Virus record (IMG/VR): IMGVR_UViG_3300027126_000006
Source of the DNA: a virus
Reading direction: 5' to 3' (one strand)
Length of the DNA: 64,000 nucleotides
The notes under the pieces are model-generated. The model had not been told where the DNA came from and did no database searches. It saw nothing but the letters and a program-made list of their open reading frames with translations. A program made the position numbers and the translations under genes. Shown in pieces: positions 38,601 through 47,803 of this stretch; positions within the stretch are counted from its first letter, which is position 1; each line of letters starts with the position of its first letter.

Positions 38601-39648
38601 GATTAATACTCTGAGCTGTATAGAGCACTGATTCAGGAGTTGCACCCACTGATCCAGTGTATCCTTGTGAACCAGTGTACCCTTGTGAACCCGTATAACC
38701 CTGGCTACCGGTGTACCCTTGTGAACCCGTATAACCCTGGCTACCGGTGTACCCTTGGGATCCCGTATAACCCCGGCTACCGGTGTATCCTTGGGATCCC
38801 GTATAACCCTGGCTACCAGCATACCCAACAGATCCCGTATAACCCTGGCTACCGGTGTATCCTTGTGAACCAGTATAACCCTGGCTACCGGTGTACCCTT
38901 GGCTGCCAGTGTACCCTTGGCTGCCAGTGTAGCCCTGGGATCCTGTATAACCCTGGCTACCGGTGTACCCTTGGCTGCCAGTGTACCCTTGGCTGCCAGT
39001 GTAGCCCTGGGATCCTGTATAACCCTGGCTACCGGCATACCCAATAGATCCTGTATAACCCTGGCTACCGGTGTATCCTTGTGAACCAGTGTATCCTTGG
39101 GATCCAGTGTATCCATCAGGCCCTTGGACTGTTGAAGCAGATCCCGTATAACCCTGGCTACCAGTGTACCCTTGTGAACCAGTGTATCCTTGGGATCCAC
39201 TGTATCCCTGACTGCCAGTATACCCCAGTGAACCAGTGTATCCAGCAGATCCAGTATATCCTATTGGACCTTGTACGGTCGAAGCCGATCCTGTATATCC
39301 TTGGCTACCGGTGTATCCTTGACTTCCAGTATAGCCCTGGGACCCAGTGTATCCATCGGGCCCTTGGACTGTTGAAGCAGATCCAGTGTACCCTTGGCTG
39401 CCAGTATATCCCAGTGAACCAGTGTACCCTTGGGATCCAGTATAGCCGTCACGGCCAACATACCCTGATGATCCAGTATATCCAATATTCCCTTGGGATC
39501 CAGTATAGCCTCCAGGATCTCCTCTAGACCCTGTGTATCCAAGTGGACCTTTGATTAGGTTTGATGGCGCACTGATATGGACTCCATCAGTCGATACTGT
39601 AGTTGATACAGTATCGACTTGTTGTACTGTGACTTTTATATCAGACAT
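35671..39648 (-). CDS. Large collagen-like (GYTGSQ)n fibre protein with globular inserts
   Basis: Long Gly-X-Y tracts; fibre motifs HNALTGR...HPISAITGLQTALDGK, LNDLTDV, GQVLKYNGS.W, GDIWYDT. Confidence 0.85.
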   Translation of the reverse strand: MSDIKVTVQQVDTVSTTVSTDGVHISAPSNLIKGPLGYTGSRGDPGGYTGSQGNIGYTGSSGYVGRDGYTGSQGYTGSLGYTGSQGYTGSASTVQGPDGYTGSQGYTGSQGYTGSQGYTGSASTVQGPIGYTGSAGYTGSLGYTGSQGYSGSQGYTGSQGYTGSQGYTGSASTVQGPDGYTGSQGYTGSQGYTGSQGYTGSIGYAGSQGYTGSQGYTGSQGYTGSQGYTGSQGYTGSQGYTGSQGYTGSQGYTGSQGYTGSQGYTGSQGYTGSVGYAGSQGYTGSQGYTGSRGYTGSQGYTGSQGYTGSQGYTGSQGYTGSQGYTGSQGYTGSVGATPESVLYTAQSINLTGGVYVSGNLASIQNFSDGDSYNITDGSGSAPAWHIDVGFTGVTSFNLVAVNINYTASSNHTIYVQLYNYVTTGWDSIQAYTGLGSFYQFQLGVISSTPYINNGNVTVRIYHSNAGNVAHATQLDYVAIIDSVTGGQGPRGYTGYTGSRGYTGSQGDIGYTGSQGITGYTGSASTVQGPIGYTGSSADLTNVLISVATATGDIHGVVDRTQLTMSFNESTRELTATPVSGSWQFYHIGTLYTVSTTKTITIANTDGARFIYIEPTTMNLVESSVPMFDTHVNIAYVYWNSTTGKAVIVGDERHGSKRDTTWHVNQHSNVGTVWRSGGGLTYTLNDDTAVQLSVGAPIVIADEDLVHTITHAASPTADWEQTLLTAANLEVVHYSGTAYTTVSGSTTPWVHSSNVARYNLISTGSGSLANVTEGKYISYWLLATNDFRAGRGSIKLVLGREMFDTVDAAYNESFIEYGLSFAEQVFMYQIVVKYSSAYTGNDARIQIAGVRKILAKVATSSVSSASATTHNALTGRSADDAHPISAITGLQTALDGKQATLVSGVNIKSITGQSLVGSGDLTVVGYTGSIGYTGSQGLVGYTGSQGYTGSQGYTGSQGEVGYTGSIGPRGYTGSQGYTGSQGYTGSQGDIGYTGSASTVQGPIGYTGSQGYTGSQGYTGSQGYTGSQGDIGYTGSASTVQGPIGYTGSQGYTGSQGYTGSQGYTGSQGDIGYTGSASTVQGPIGYTGSQGYTGSQGYTGSQGYTGSASTVQGPIGYTGSAGGAGASALNDLTDVTITDVINGQVLKYNGSIWVNATDNTGGGGTSTSSTTPPALPSIGDIWYDTANDVIYRWTSDGTTNYWIDVTGPVVVDTGVAVGVGNSVGNNGTTYSGSITPSGSNTQYELLGLTGPVTVNAPSGTPSGGQKLVLRFKDAGSAVAITWTTSAGAYRAVGVSLPTTTVSGKNLYVGLIYNGADGYWDILSVNQQ
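36391..36693. repeat. Exact 120-bp tandem repeat (about 2.5 copies) in the collagen-like gene
   Basis: 36391-36510 equals 36511-36630; partial third copy. Confidence 0.9.
38650..39540. repeat. 18-bp degenerate tandem repeats encoding GYTGSQ
   Basis: Periodic units such as ccagtgtacccttg.g in coding frame. Confidence 0.9.
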
Positions 39649-39652
39649 TTAA

Positions 39653-39994
39653 TTATGCACCCTGTGTTATTTGGGGTGTGATTGTTACAATACCTTCAAT
39701 GATACGCTTTCTATATCCTTCAACAGTGTGATTAATTTCCACGTCATATAACCATCGTCCGGCCGGAATCACTTCCGATTGAGATGCGGTAAGGGATAAT
39801 TTAAGTTGACCAGCCACTGCGTTTATAATTGTTGCAGTGAAGTTGTATGCTACTGATGAGCTGAAGGACTTCCTCATTTGTGAAGTGGCCGCGTAATTGG
39901 TCAGATCGAGGGGAGTGCCGTCTGATGATGTTACAGTGATTATAGTTGCGAAGTCAGATCCTTGATCTACAAACAGATTGCTAATAGCAGCCAC
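39653..39994 (-). CDS. Small virion protein (BppU N-terminal-like)
   Basis: NLFVDQGSDF, DLTNY.A.SQMRK, GRWLYDVEI, RIIEGIVTITP. Confidence 0.75.
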   Translation of the reverse strand: MAAISNLFVDQGSDFATIITVTSSDGTPLDLTNYAATSQMRKSFSSSVAYNFTATIINAVAGQLKLSLTASQSEVIPAGRWLYDVEINHTVEGYRKRIIEGIVTITPQITQGA

Positions 39995-40031
39995 AACGGT
40001 ATCTCCTATACAGATTTGTATTTAATCTCAA

Positions 40032-40060
40032 TTGCATATATAATTGATCAATGTTATATT
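40032..40060 (+). promoter_or_regulatory. Candidate sigma70 promoter TTGCAT-N17-TATATT with extended -10 TG
   Basis: Upstream of the glycosyltransferase ATG at 40079. Confidence 0.5.
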
Positions 40061-40064
40061 TATA
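40057..40064 (-). promoter_or_regulatory. T4-type late promoter TATAAATA
   Basis: Exact consensus heading the fibre operon. Confidence 0.8.
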
Positions 40065-40078
40065 CTATTGGAATCTAC

Positions 40079-43000
40079 ATGATCTCAATCGCAATTATCG
40101 ACGTTATTGGTTTGACTTATGATGGTAGCACTCTTCAAAAAAGAGGCCTTGGCGGCTCTGAATCTGCTGTCATTCTCATGGCCAAAGAACTCCACAATCT
40201 AGGGTTCAAAGTAACTGTTTTCAACAACTGCATCGACAGAGAAGCCTCTCCGGGTATCTATGATGGGGTCGAATACATCGACTTAAGTCAAATTGAAACT
40301 CTAGAGGATCCGAAGTTCGACGTTGTTATCGGATCACGAACAGTTGCTCCATTCCTCCCACCACACATTTGGCCTAATTGGAGCTACCGAGTTGACATCC
40401 ATGAAAGGATTCGAAGACATGCTAAACTAAAGGTTCTTTGGCTCCATGATACGTTTTGTGCTGGTGATGAACTTCTTGAAGACCTAGTAGTAAACGGTCA
40501 CATTGACGAAATCTTCACACTATCTGATTTCCACACTTCGTATGTGACAAACTGTGATCACGGACGCAAACGGAACTTTGAGGTCCTTAAACATAAGGTA
40601 TTTATCACTCGCAATGGTATCACCAAGTACCATGATGAGGTCGATATTGCCTCCAAAGATCCCAATCTCTTTGTATATAATGCATCCGTCACTAAAGGGA
40701 TGATTCCTCTCGTCGAACGAATCTGGCCTCAATTTAAGGCGCGAGTTCCTGATGCTCAATTGAAGATCATCGGTGGATATTATAGATTCCGAGAGAATCT
40801 TGAACCAGATGAACAAGAAAAGAAGTGGCGATTGCTCGCCAACGATCCATCCAATCCTGAAAAAGGAATTGAGTTCACTGGGATCATTAAGCAAAGTGAA
40901 ATTGCAGATATCCTTGCCAAAGCTTCTTACATGCTTTATCCAGGAGCATTCCCTGAGACGTTTGGCATCTCAACTCTCGAATCACTTGCATACAATACAC
41001 CGTTAATCACTTCTAGGTTTGGTGCCTTGGAGGAGACTGCTTTTTCAGAAGCATGTTATCTACTCGATTATCCAATTGAGCCTAATGGTCTATTCCCCCA
41101 CATCAATGTTGACAGTCAAGCATCTAAGTTCACGGAGATGGCAGTTGCAGCATATCACAATAAGTACTTGCATCAGCAGAAGATGTATATGTGTTCCGCT
41201 GTAAAGGACATTTGTACATGGGATACGGTTGCGCTACAATGGAAACAACACTTCTTCAGAAAGCTTGGTCTATACCTCTCGAGGGACGAGTATAGGAAGG
41301 TTACCAAAATTAATTCTCGCGTAAAACAGGTGTTTGGCCGAAGGTTTTCCAACACCGAAGATGTATACATTCCTCGAAGCACTCAACAAAAGATTGTTGT
41401 TGTGACTCCTGCCTATAATGCTGAGCAGTATATCACCAAGTGTATCGAATCAGTAGTATCACAGGATTATGATAACTGGGAAATGTATATTATTGATGAT
41501 TGTTCCACGGACAATACGTTTAGTGTAGCAAGTCAAGCAGCGATGTTATCGGATAAAATCACTGTGATCAGGAATCCGATGAATATGGGAGCAGTGTATA
41601 ATCACGTGACTACTATCAAACAGTTTTGTGATCCCGATGATATTGTAATGTTAATTGATGGTGACGATGCTCTTGTTAACGACAATCAAATCTTCCAGTT
41701 TTACAACAACCTATATGATGGATCAACAGAATTCTCTTACGGTTCTTGTTGGTCGATGATTGATAAGATTCCTTTAGTAGCACAACACTATCCGAAACGC
41801 ATCAAAGAAACAAAATCATATCGCGGTCACGTATTCAACTGGAACATGCCTTACACACACCTTAGAACCTTCCAAGCGAAGTTTCTATTGCAGGTTGATG
41901 AAGATGAGTTCAAAGATGAGAATGGTGCATGGTATAAAGCTGGAGGTGATGGCGCTGTATTCTATTCTGTGATTGAGCAAGTAGATCCAGATAAGATTAA
42001 AGTTGTGCAGGACATTGTTTACTTGTATAATGACATGAGTCCAATTAACGACTATAAAGTAAATGGTGCTGAGCAAACACGAAATGCCAATCGAATTAGG
42101 TCTTCAAACCGCGTGAAGGATAAGTTTTCTGTTGTGATTCCAACAATGTGGCGGGCAATGGATCTAATGCCAGAGTTGCTTGAAAGTCTCGTTGCCCATG
42201 AACTTGTAGGCGAAGTGATCATCATCAACAATGAAGTAAACAATACACCGACATTGAGTGTGTTGAGGCACCCTAAGATTGTAATGATTGATCAGGAAAC
42301 CAATATCATGGTCAACCCTGCATGGAATCTTGGAGTGGAGATTGCCAAATACAATAAGATGTGTTTCTGTAATGATGATATTGTATTTGATGTTAGGTTG
42401 TTTAATAAAATTTACGATCGAATTACACCAGAATATGGACCGCATGGGATCATATGGGGTAAAGAAGAATTTAACCAACCTCCCACAACTGATGGATCAA
42501 TCGATTTTATCGAATGGAAGCCTGGAGATGTAATCCACTGCTTTGGACAACTCCACTTCCAACATAAAGATAGCTGGATACCCATTCACTCCGATCTAAA
42601 GATGTTTTACGGTGATGATTGGATCTTCCACAACGCACTATCTCGAAACTTAACGCCTTGGTTGATCTACAACATCAACTTCAAGTCACGTAACTCTGCT
42701 ACAGGTCTATGTGAAGATATTGTTCCTCTCGTCAATGAACGATATAAGTTAGAAACCCCAATTTATCAGAACTGGGCATCACAACATGTCGCTAACCAAA
42801 CTAATAGTAGGCTCACTATGAAAAAAATCTTGATTGCTATTCCAACAAACAAGTACGTTGAAACAACGACGATGAAGGCAGTATATGATCTTGAGGTGCC
42901 AGAAGGATACACAACAGACCTTCAGTTCTTCTACGGCTATCAAGTAGATCAAATCCGTAATCTGATTGCTGATTGGGCTAAGCACTATGACTATTTGTTT

Positions 43001-44113
43001 TCAGTAGATTCTGACATTGCATTCCCTTCCGACACCTTAAAGCGACTCCTATCTCATAACAAAGACATTGTGTCAGGGTTGTACATTCAACGTAAACCTG
43101 GTCAGCACATTCTTGAGCTGTATAGGAATGGAACAAACGTACCTTACCAAGACATTGAAGGTCAAGGTCTAGTGGAAATTGACGGATGTGGTTTTGGATG
43201 TGTTCTGATTAACTCCAACGTGATTCGTGCAATGGAGTATCCACACTTCGTCTACAAGTCAGCAATCGATCACAGTAATACTCTTTCAGAAGATGTATAC
43301 TTTTGTTTGAAGGCAAAAGAGAAGGGATTCAAACTATATGCAGATACAGACGTTCGCTGCGATCACTATGGTACCACAGCATTGAAAGTTCAATCACAAA
43401 AGCCTCCTGTGATAGAGCAACCTAAAACAAACAGAGATATTGATTTTCTACTTAACCTCAGCAACACTAGGATGATTCCCGCCGAACACGTGAACTATCT
43501 CTTTAGGATGAGAGATAGCGGATCCCAACCTCGCGTGATATACGATATCGGTGCTTGTGTACTACATTGGACGCGCGAGGCTATCAACGCATGGCCCCAC
43601 GCCAAGTTTATTGCTTTTGATGCCATGGAAGAATCCAAAGCAGTATTCGATCATTTTGGATTCGATAGCCACATTGGTGTGTTGAGCGATAGAGATGATG
43701 ACTATGTAACATTCTACAAGAACGTCACTTCACCTGGAGGTAATTCTTACTACAAAGAAAGTACGCAATACTCTCCTGCTGCCGATCAGATGTACGGTGA
43801 CTTTAATGCCCATATGCTTAGGACATTTACTCTCGATAGTATTGTTGAAGCAAAAGGGTTTCCACTCCCTGATCTAATTAAGATCGATGTGCAGGGTGCT
43901 GAACTAGATGTACTTAAAGGAGCGACGAAAACACTAGCATCATGTAAAGATATTATTGTAGAGCTTCAGTTGGTTGAATACAATGAAGGAGCTCCTTCTT
44001 ACATTGAGGTGATTACATACCTCAAGTCACAAGGATTTGAGCTGGTAGGGTCTTCATACTTCTCGAAGAATGGAGACACAGATGCCGACTTCCATTTTAC
44101 AAAGGTGAAGTGA
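40079..44113 (+). CDS. Multidomain glycosyltransferase: GT4(GT-B) + three GT2/GT-A domains + FkbM methyltransferase
   Basis: GLGGSE...ETFGISTLES; VVTPAYN...IDDCSTD...DGDD; VVIPT...NDD; IAIPT...DSD...GFGC...SED; YDIGA...IKIDVQGAE; start moved to MISIA. Confidence 0.9.
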   Translation: MISIAIIDVIGLTYDGSTLQKRGLGGSESAVILMAKELHNLGFKVTVFNNCIDREASPGIYDGVEYIDLSQIETLEDPKFDVVIGSRTVAPFLPPHIWPNWSYRVDIHERIRRHAKLKVLWLHDTFCAGDELLEDLVVNGHIDEIFTLSDFHTSYVTNCDHGRKRNFEVLKHKVFITRNGITKYHDEVDIASKDPNLFVYNASVTKGMIPLVERIWPQFKARVPDAQLKIIGGYYRFRENLEPDEQEKKWRLLANDPSNPEKGIEFTGIIKQSEIADILAKASYMLYPGAFPETFGISTLESLAYNTPLITSRFGALEETAFSEACYLLDYPIEPNGLFPHINVDSQASKFTEMAVAAYHNKYLHQQKMYMCSAVKDICTWDTVALQWKQHFFRKLGLYLSRDEYRKVTKINSRVKQVFGRRFSNTEDVYIPRSTQQKIVVVTPAYNAEQYITKCIESVVSQDYDNWEMYIIDDCSTDNTFSVASQAAMLSDKITVIRNPMNMGAVYNHVTTIKQFCDPDDIVMLIDGDDALVNDNQIFQFYNNLYDGSTEFSYGSCWSMIDKIPLVAQHYPKRIKETKSYRGHVFNWNMPYTHLRTFQAKFLLQVDEDEFKDENGAWYKAGGDGAVFYSVIEQVDPDKIKVVQDIVYLYNDMSPINDYKVNGAEQTRNANRIRSSNRVKDKFSVVIPTMWRAMDLMPELLESLVAHELVGEVIIINNEVNNTPTLSVLRHPKIVMIDQETNIMVNPAWNLGVEIAKYNKMCFCNDDIVFDVRLFNKIYDRITPEYGPHGIIWGKEEFNQPPTTDGSIDFIEWKPGDVIHCFGQLHFQHKDSWIPIHSDLKMFYGDDWIFHNALSRNLTPWLIYNINFKSRNSATGLCEDIVPLVNERYKLETPIYQNWASQHVANQTNSRLTMKKILIAIPTNKYVETTTMKAVYDLEVPEGYTTDLQFFYGYQVDQIRNLIADWAKHYDYLFSVDSDIAFPSDTLKRLLSHNKDIVSGLYIQRKPGQHILELYRNGTNVPYQDIEGQGLVEIDGCGFGCVLINSNVIRAMEYPHFVYKSAIDHSNTLSEDVYFCLKAKEKGFKLYADTDVRCDHYGTTALKVQSQKPPVIEQPKTNRDIDFLLNLSNTRMIPAEHVNYLFRMRDSGSQPRVIYDIGACVLHWTREAINAWPHAKFIAFDAMEESKAVFDHFGFDSHIGVLSDRDDDYVTFYKNVTSPGGNSYYKESTQYSPAADQMYGDFNAHMLRTFTLDSIVEAKGFPLPDLIKIDVQGAELDVLKGATKTLASCKDIIVELQLVEYNEGAPSYIEVITYLKSQGFELVGSSYFSKNGDTDADFHFTKVK

Positions 44114-44700
44114 TGTACATATATGATTCGCAGGTGTGGGATAAAGTAGATGCTAATGATTTGTGGATCTACGATAAGCTGATTCTTTGTAGGAAGTTAG
44201 GCTATGTGTGTGGTCCTGCTGGGGTACCTCTTCCAAAACCAGGAACATACATTGTAAAACCTATCACCAACATTCTAGGAATGGGCGTTGGTTCTTACTT
44301 CCATGAATTTACTGATACTGACACCGACTTCCTTGCACCAGGAACATTTTGGATGGAAGTGTTTACAGGACCGCATGTTAGCGTTGACGTGGTCGACGGC
44401 AAAACGGATATCGTATATGAAGGTATTCGAGATGGTCTCCAACGGTTTAGTCGTTGGACCAAACTAGACATCGAACCACAGCATGAGCCGTTTGTAATTG
44501 AGATGTCGAAGAAGTATGGCGTTGTCAACTATGAGACGATCGGCGGTAAGATCATCGAAGTCCATCTCAGAGCCAATCCTGACTGGCATAAGCACAAGGC
44601 AAGGGAACTAATCCCTGTTTGGGAAGGCGAGGAGATCCCTAAAGAAAATTTCGTATCAGATCCAGATATTGGAAGACTTGGGTTTGTAGTAGTCAGATAA
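44110..44700 (+). CDS. ATP-grasp-like protein
   Basis: IVKP...GMG, MEVFTG..VSVD, NYE...IIEVHLRANPD; overlaps the GT stop. Confidence 0.6.
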   Translation: MMYIYDSQVWDKVDANDLWIYDKLILCRKLGYVCGPAGVPLPKPGTYIVKPITNILGMGVGSYFHEFTDTDTDFLAPGTFWMEVFTGPHVSVDVVDGKTDIVYEGIRDGLQRFSRWTKLDIEPQHEPFVIEMSKKYGVVNYETIGGKIIEVHLRANPDWHKHKARELIPVWEGEEIPKENFVSDPDIGRLGFVVVR

Positions 44701-45565
44701 CTGGCTTAAGAGATACTACATAGAACACTGGATAGGGGTGGCCGTTCTTGATTGGCTGAACGGTAACTCTGTATGATGGGTCGCGTGGTAGAGTCTGATC
44801 GAAGATATTACCATCCTTAACTACTTCCCACACCACATCATATATCTCGGGATTGTGTAGTATCTCTTTAACGTGCTTACCAATTGCATCTTTGTAGTTT
44901 GATATGTGGAAATACTTTAATGATTCATCGTTGCAGAAGAACACACATGAGTTTTTGTCTATAATGAAAATTGGATGGCTTGCGGAGTTCATCGCAATGT
45001 AACAAGCCTTAGTTCTTTCATGTTCAAGATATGGCTCTGTAATATCGCGACCTACGACGATGAGCTCTTTTGGTTCACCGGCATCATATGTTGGTGTCTT
45101 AATTACATCAAAGTATCTTGTGTTACCTGATGCATCCTTTATTATCTCGATCGTTCTATTTGAATGGCCTCGTCGCCATGCTTCAGTATCTGTCTCAACA
45201 CACACCTCTAATGTATCTTTGAGATGGGGTTTGATTTTACCTATATCCTCGTCTGTTTTGTTATAGTAGTCATCGAGGATAATATCAAACAACTTCTGTC
45301 CATATATGTTCAGAGTTTTCCAGCGGCCGCTGCTGTCTTTAATTAGCAGCAGGTCATCAATCGCATCGATGGTAGTATAAAACCTCTGCGTGTAGCTGGA
45401 TAGTTCCTTTTCAATATTCTGAGATGCAATACTAGCAACCTCAGACAACTCTGCTGTTGCTCGCTTCAACATGGTCAGCCCTGTATCGAGTTCGTGGGCG
45501 AACAATGACGGCATATCTTGATCAAACGCAACACTAATCTTACTTCTACCAGAAAACCAACCCAT
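44693..45565 (-). CDS. Stand-alone tandem PAS/PAC domain protein
   Basis: IDAIDDLLLIKDSSGRW...KTP...VGRDITE and MNSASHPIFIIDKN...CN...IGK. Confidence 0.82.
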   Translation of the reverse strand: MGWFSGRSKISVAFDQDMPSLFAHELDTGLTMLKRATAELSEVASIASQNIEKELSSYTQRFYTTIDAIDDLLLIKDSSGRWKTLNIYGQKLFDIILDDYYNKTDEDIGKIKPHLKDTLEVCVETDTEAWRRGHSNRTIEIIKDASGNTRYFDVIKTPTYDAGEPKELIVVGRDITEPYLEHERTKACYIAMNSASHPIFIIDKNSCVFFCNDESLKYFHISNYKDAIGKHVKEILHNPEIYDVVWEVVKDGNIFDQTLPRDPSYRVTVQPIKNGHPYPVFYVVSLKPVI

Positions 45566-45576
45566 AATAAACTCTC

Positions 45577-45855
45577 TTATTTTTTAGCGGCTTGGAAGGA
45601 AGTAAGAACGATCTTGATTTCGTGCAGGGCATGAATAAGATCAATATTACCCTGATGGTATCGTTCAATGATTTGACGAGTGGCCTCGAGTTCATGGTCT
45701 TTAGCTCCGACGTACTTGTCGGTTATCTCGTTCATTTCCTTTAGTATATGTTTGCGGTCCCATATCAGGGCACCAATGATGGCAACCAGGATTACAACAA
45801 TCGCTGAGTTACCACCTTGGACTAAAAACTCGACAAACAGCTTAGCGAGATCCAT
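45577..45855 (-). CDS. Small single-TM membrane protein (holin-like?)
   Basis: AIVVILVAIIGALIW then a charged helical C-terminus. Confidence 0.6.
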   Translation of the reverse strand: MDLAKLFVEFLVQGGNSAIVVILVAIIGALIWDRKHILKEMNEITDKYVGAKDHELEATRQIIERYHQGNIDLIHALHEIKIVLTSFQAAKK

Positions 45856-45930
45856 CTTAGATCCTTATAGGTCTTTTTGTATTTGTTATGACAAGGATCA
45901 ATCGGAGCCAAAGATATGATTCAGATGCTT

Positions 45931-45938
45931 TATTTATT
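45931..45938 (-). promoter_or_regulatory. Late promoter variant AATAAATA
   Basis: Upstream of the membrane protein + PAS pair. Confidence 0.6.
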
Positions 45939-45999
45939 AAAACTCACTATTCTCTTCTTAGAAGCTACACCATAAGATTAATTTTAGATATCATATGGG

Positions 46000-46281
46000 T
46001 TATAGCTTCGTTTCTGCTGCACGGGCTTCTATTTCCATGGGATTGTTCTTGTACCCGTGCCGCAGATTAAGCCAGAGGTACTGAACATAAAACCGGATCA
46101 CACCGAGCCTTTGCGCCTGCTCCCAGTGCGCCTGTTCGTGACGAATTAGACGCTGGTCATTGATACGCTCGCTGAGAATAAAAATACCAAACGGTGGCAG
46201 TGTGATTCCAGCGTACTTGGTTGTACGGAGCCACCATCTAATTAGCCCAGATGCGCGGATTACCTTGGGAATTGTATCCAT
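46000..46281 (-). CDS. Small HExxH metallopeptidase-like protein (DUF4157-like)
   Basis: GITLPPFGI, LIRHEQAHWEQ, NPMEIEAR; start moved to MDTIPK. Confidence 0.72.
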   Translation of the reverse strand: MDTIPKVIRASGLIRWWLRTTKYAGITLPPFGIFILSERINDQRLIRHEQAHWEQAQRLGVIRFYVQYLWLNLRHGYKNNPMEIEARAAETKL

Positions 46282-46366
46282 AATGCGAGACCTCGTGTGT
46301 TTATTGTTATACAATGGGTTCCCAGTCACTAACTAGTTACTGCATGGACTGACACAACTTATTATA

Positions 46367-47803
46367 TCACAAATAAGTAATGTTTGTCGAAAATGTAGAA
46401 GTAACCTGTGTTAGACTTGTAGTCACAATACTCAAAGTGGCTGTACTTGTAGTATTTACACCAGCAGAATCTGAATCTGTGAGTGTGCTTACTGTAGAAG
46501 ATCCAGACGCCGGGCCGTAAGTGAAGTTACCGAATGTTCCAGAGAAAGCTCCATTTATAGTTCCGTTTCCCGGCAACTTCGCAACTATCCAATCAGTGTT
46601 ACCAACTGTTTGAGTGTCTTGGTATCCTGCGATATATACATTCCCAAAACTGTCTATACCGACACTCGTTCCCGTATCCGATCCCGTTCCATCAAGTTGT
46701 CTAGACCACTGCCAAGTCCCAGATGAGTTAAATTTGACTAAAAAGAGCTTGTTAGTAGTAAAGCCATGAGTTCCTATGCAATAAATATTATTGGACGAAT
46801 CTATAGCCACTCCTGTAAAGTTGTCAACTGAACTTGACCCAATGGTTCTCTGCCATTGAATTACACCAGAAGAATCATACTTAGCTATGAATGCATCATT
46901 AGATCCAGCGCCTTGTGAAGAGGTGAAGCCCACAATATAAACGTTTCCAGAAGAATCAACTTCTACTGCCTGTCCATTATCTGTAGCGGTTCCGCCTAAG
47001 GAGCGTTGCCACTGTAACGCTCCAGAAGAATTGAACTTAGCGAGAAGTATATTCTGGATACCAGATCCTGATGGCGGAGAAATTCCACTTACGTACACAT
47101 TTCCAGAAGAATCTACAGCAACATCACTAAATTGATTAGAGCTAATGGACCCAAACGTTACTTGCCATTGAAGAGTACCAGAAGAATCATACTTAGCTAT
47201 CAAAGCGTCGGTACCACCTGCACCTTGTGAGCTGGTTTGCCCTGCACAATAAATGTTGCTTGCTGAATCTATTACAATCCCGGAAAAACTTTCACCGCCC
47301 CCGCCGCTAAGCGAACGCTGCCATTGAAGAGTACCAGAGGAATCATACTTAGCTATCAACGTATCGGAGTTTATACCTAAAGTGGTTCCGACACAATATA
47401 CATTTCCTGAAGAATCTACAGCAACATCTTGAAAGTCTGTATAAACACTCGCCGATGTGCTTCCTAAAATGCGTTGCCATTGGATGACGCCAAATTCATT
47501 AAACTTGATTAAAAGAGCATTAGCAGAGCCGCCCGGGCCTTGCGAAGCGGTGGATCCCACAACATAAATGTTTCTAGACGAATCCACGACCAAGTAGTTA
47601 CCAAAATCATTATTGATCCCACCAACAGTGGCAATCCAGTAATTAGATTTACCATGAAGGTTGTTAAATCCAATGGCCCCGCTAGGAACACCAGCGAGCG
47701 CCCTAACAGGGGCATCATTAAGACTGGTCGCAGCAGTGGAATCACGCCCTATTTCGAGGTTGATTTGCGACATCGAAATTTCACCACTAGCTGGCAGTGT
47801 CAT
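46367..47803 (-). CDS. Tail-fibre tip adhesin-like protein with SBBP-type beta-propeller repeats
   Basis: MTLPASGEISMSQIN N-terminal module; repeats VAVDSSGNVY..G...IAKYDSSG.LQW. Confidence 0.78.
   Translation of the reverse strand: MTLPASGEISMSQINLEIGRDSTAATSLNDAPVRALAGVPSGAIGFNNLHGKSNYWIATVGGINNDFGNYLVVDSSRNIYVVGSTASQGPGGSANALLIKFNEFGVIQWQRILGSTSASVYTDFQDVAVDSSGNVYCVGTTLGINSDTLIAKYDSSGTLQWQRSLSGGGGESFSGIVIDSASNIYCAGQTSSQGAGGTDALIAKYDSSGTLQWQVTFGSISSNQFSDVAVDSSGNVYVSGISPPSGSGIQNILLAKFNSSGALQWQRSLGGTATDNGQAVEVDSSGNVYIVGFTSSQGAGSNDAFIAKYDSSGVIQWQRTIGSSSVDNFTGVAIDSSNNIYCIGTHGFTTNKLFLVKFNSSGTWQWSRQLDGTGSDTGTSVGIDSFGNVYIAGYQDTQTVGNTDWIVAKLPGNGTINGAFSGTFGNFTYGPASGSSTVSTLTDSDSAGVNTTSTATLSIVTTSLTQVTSTFSTNITYL

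Noticed and set aside
38650-39540. Regular short repeats resembling a CRISPR array
   Set aside because: 18-bp in-frame coding repeats with wobble variation and no unique spacers
39962-40078. N-terminal 39 aa of the 1383-aa ORF call
   Set aside because: TTG start overlaps the opposite gene and promoter region; the GT fold begins at ATG 40079
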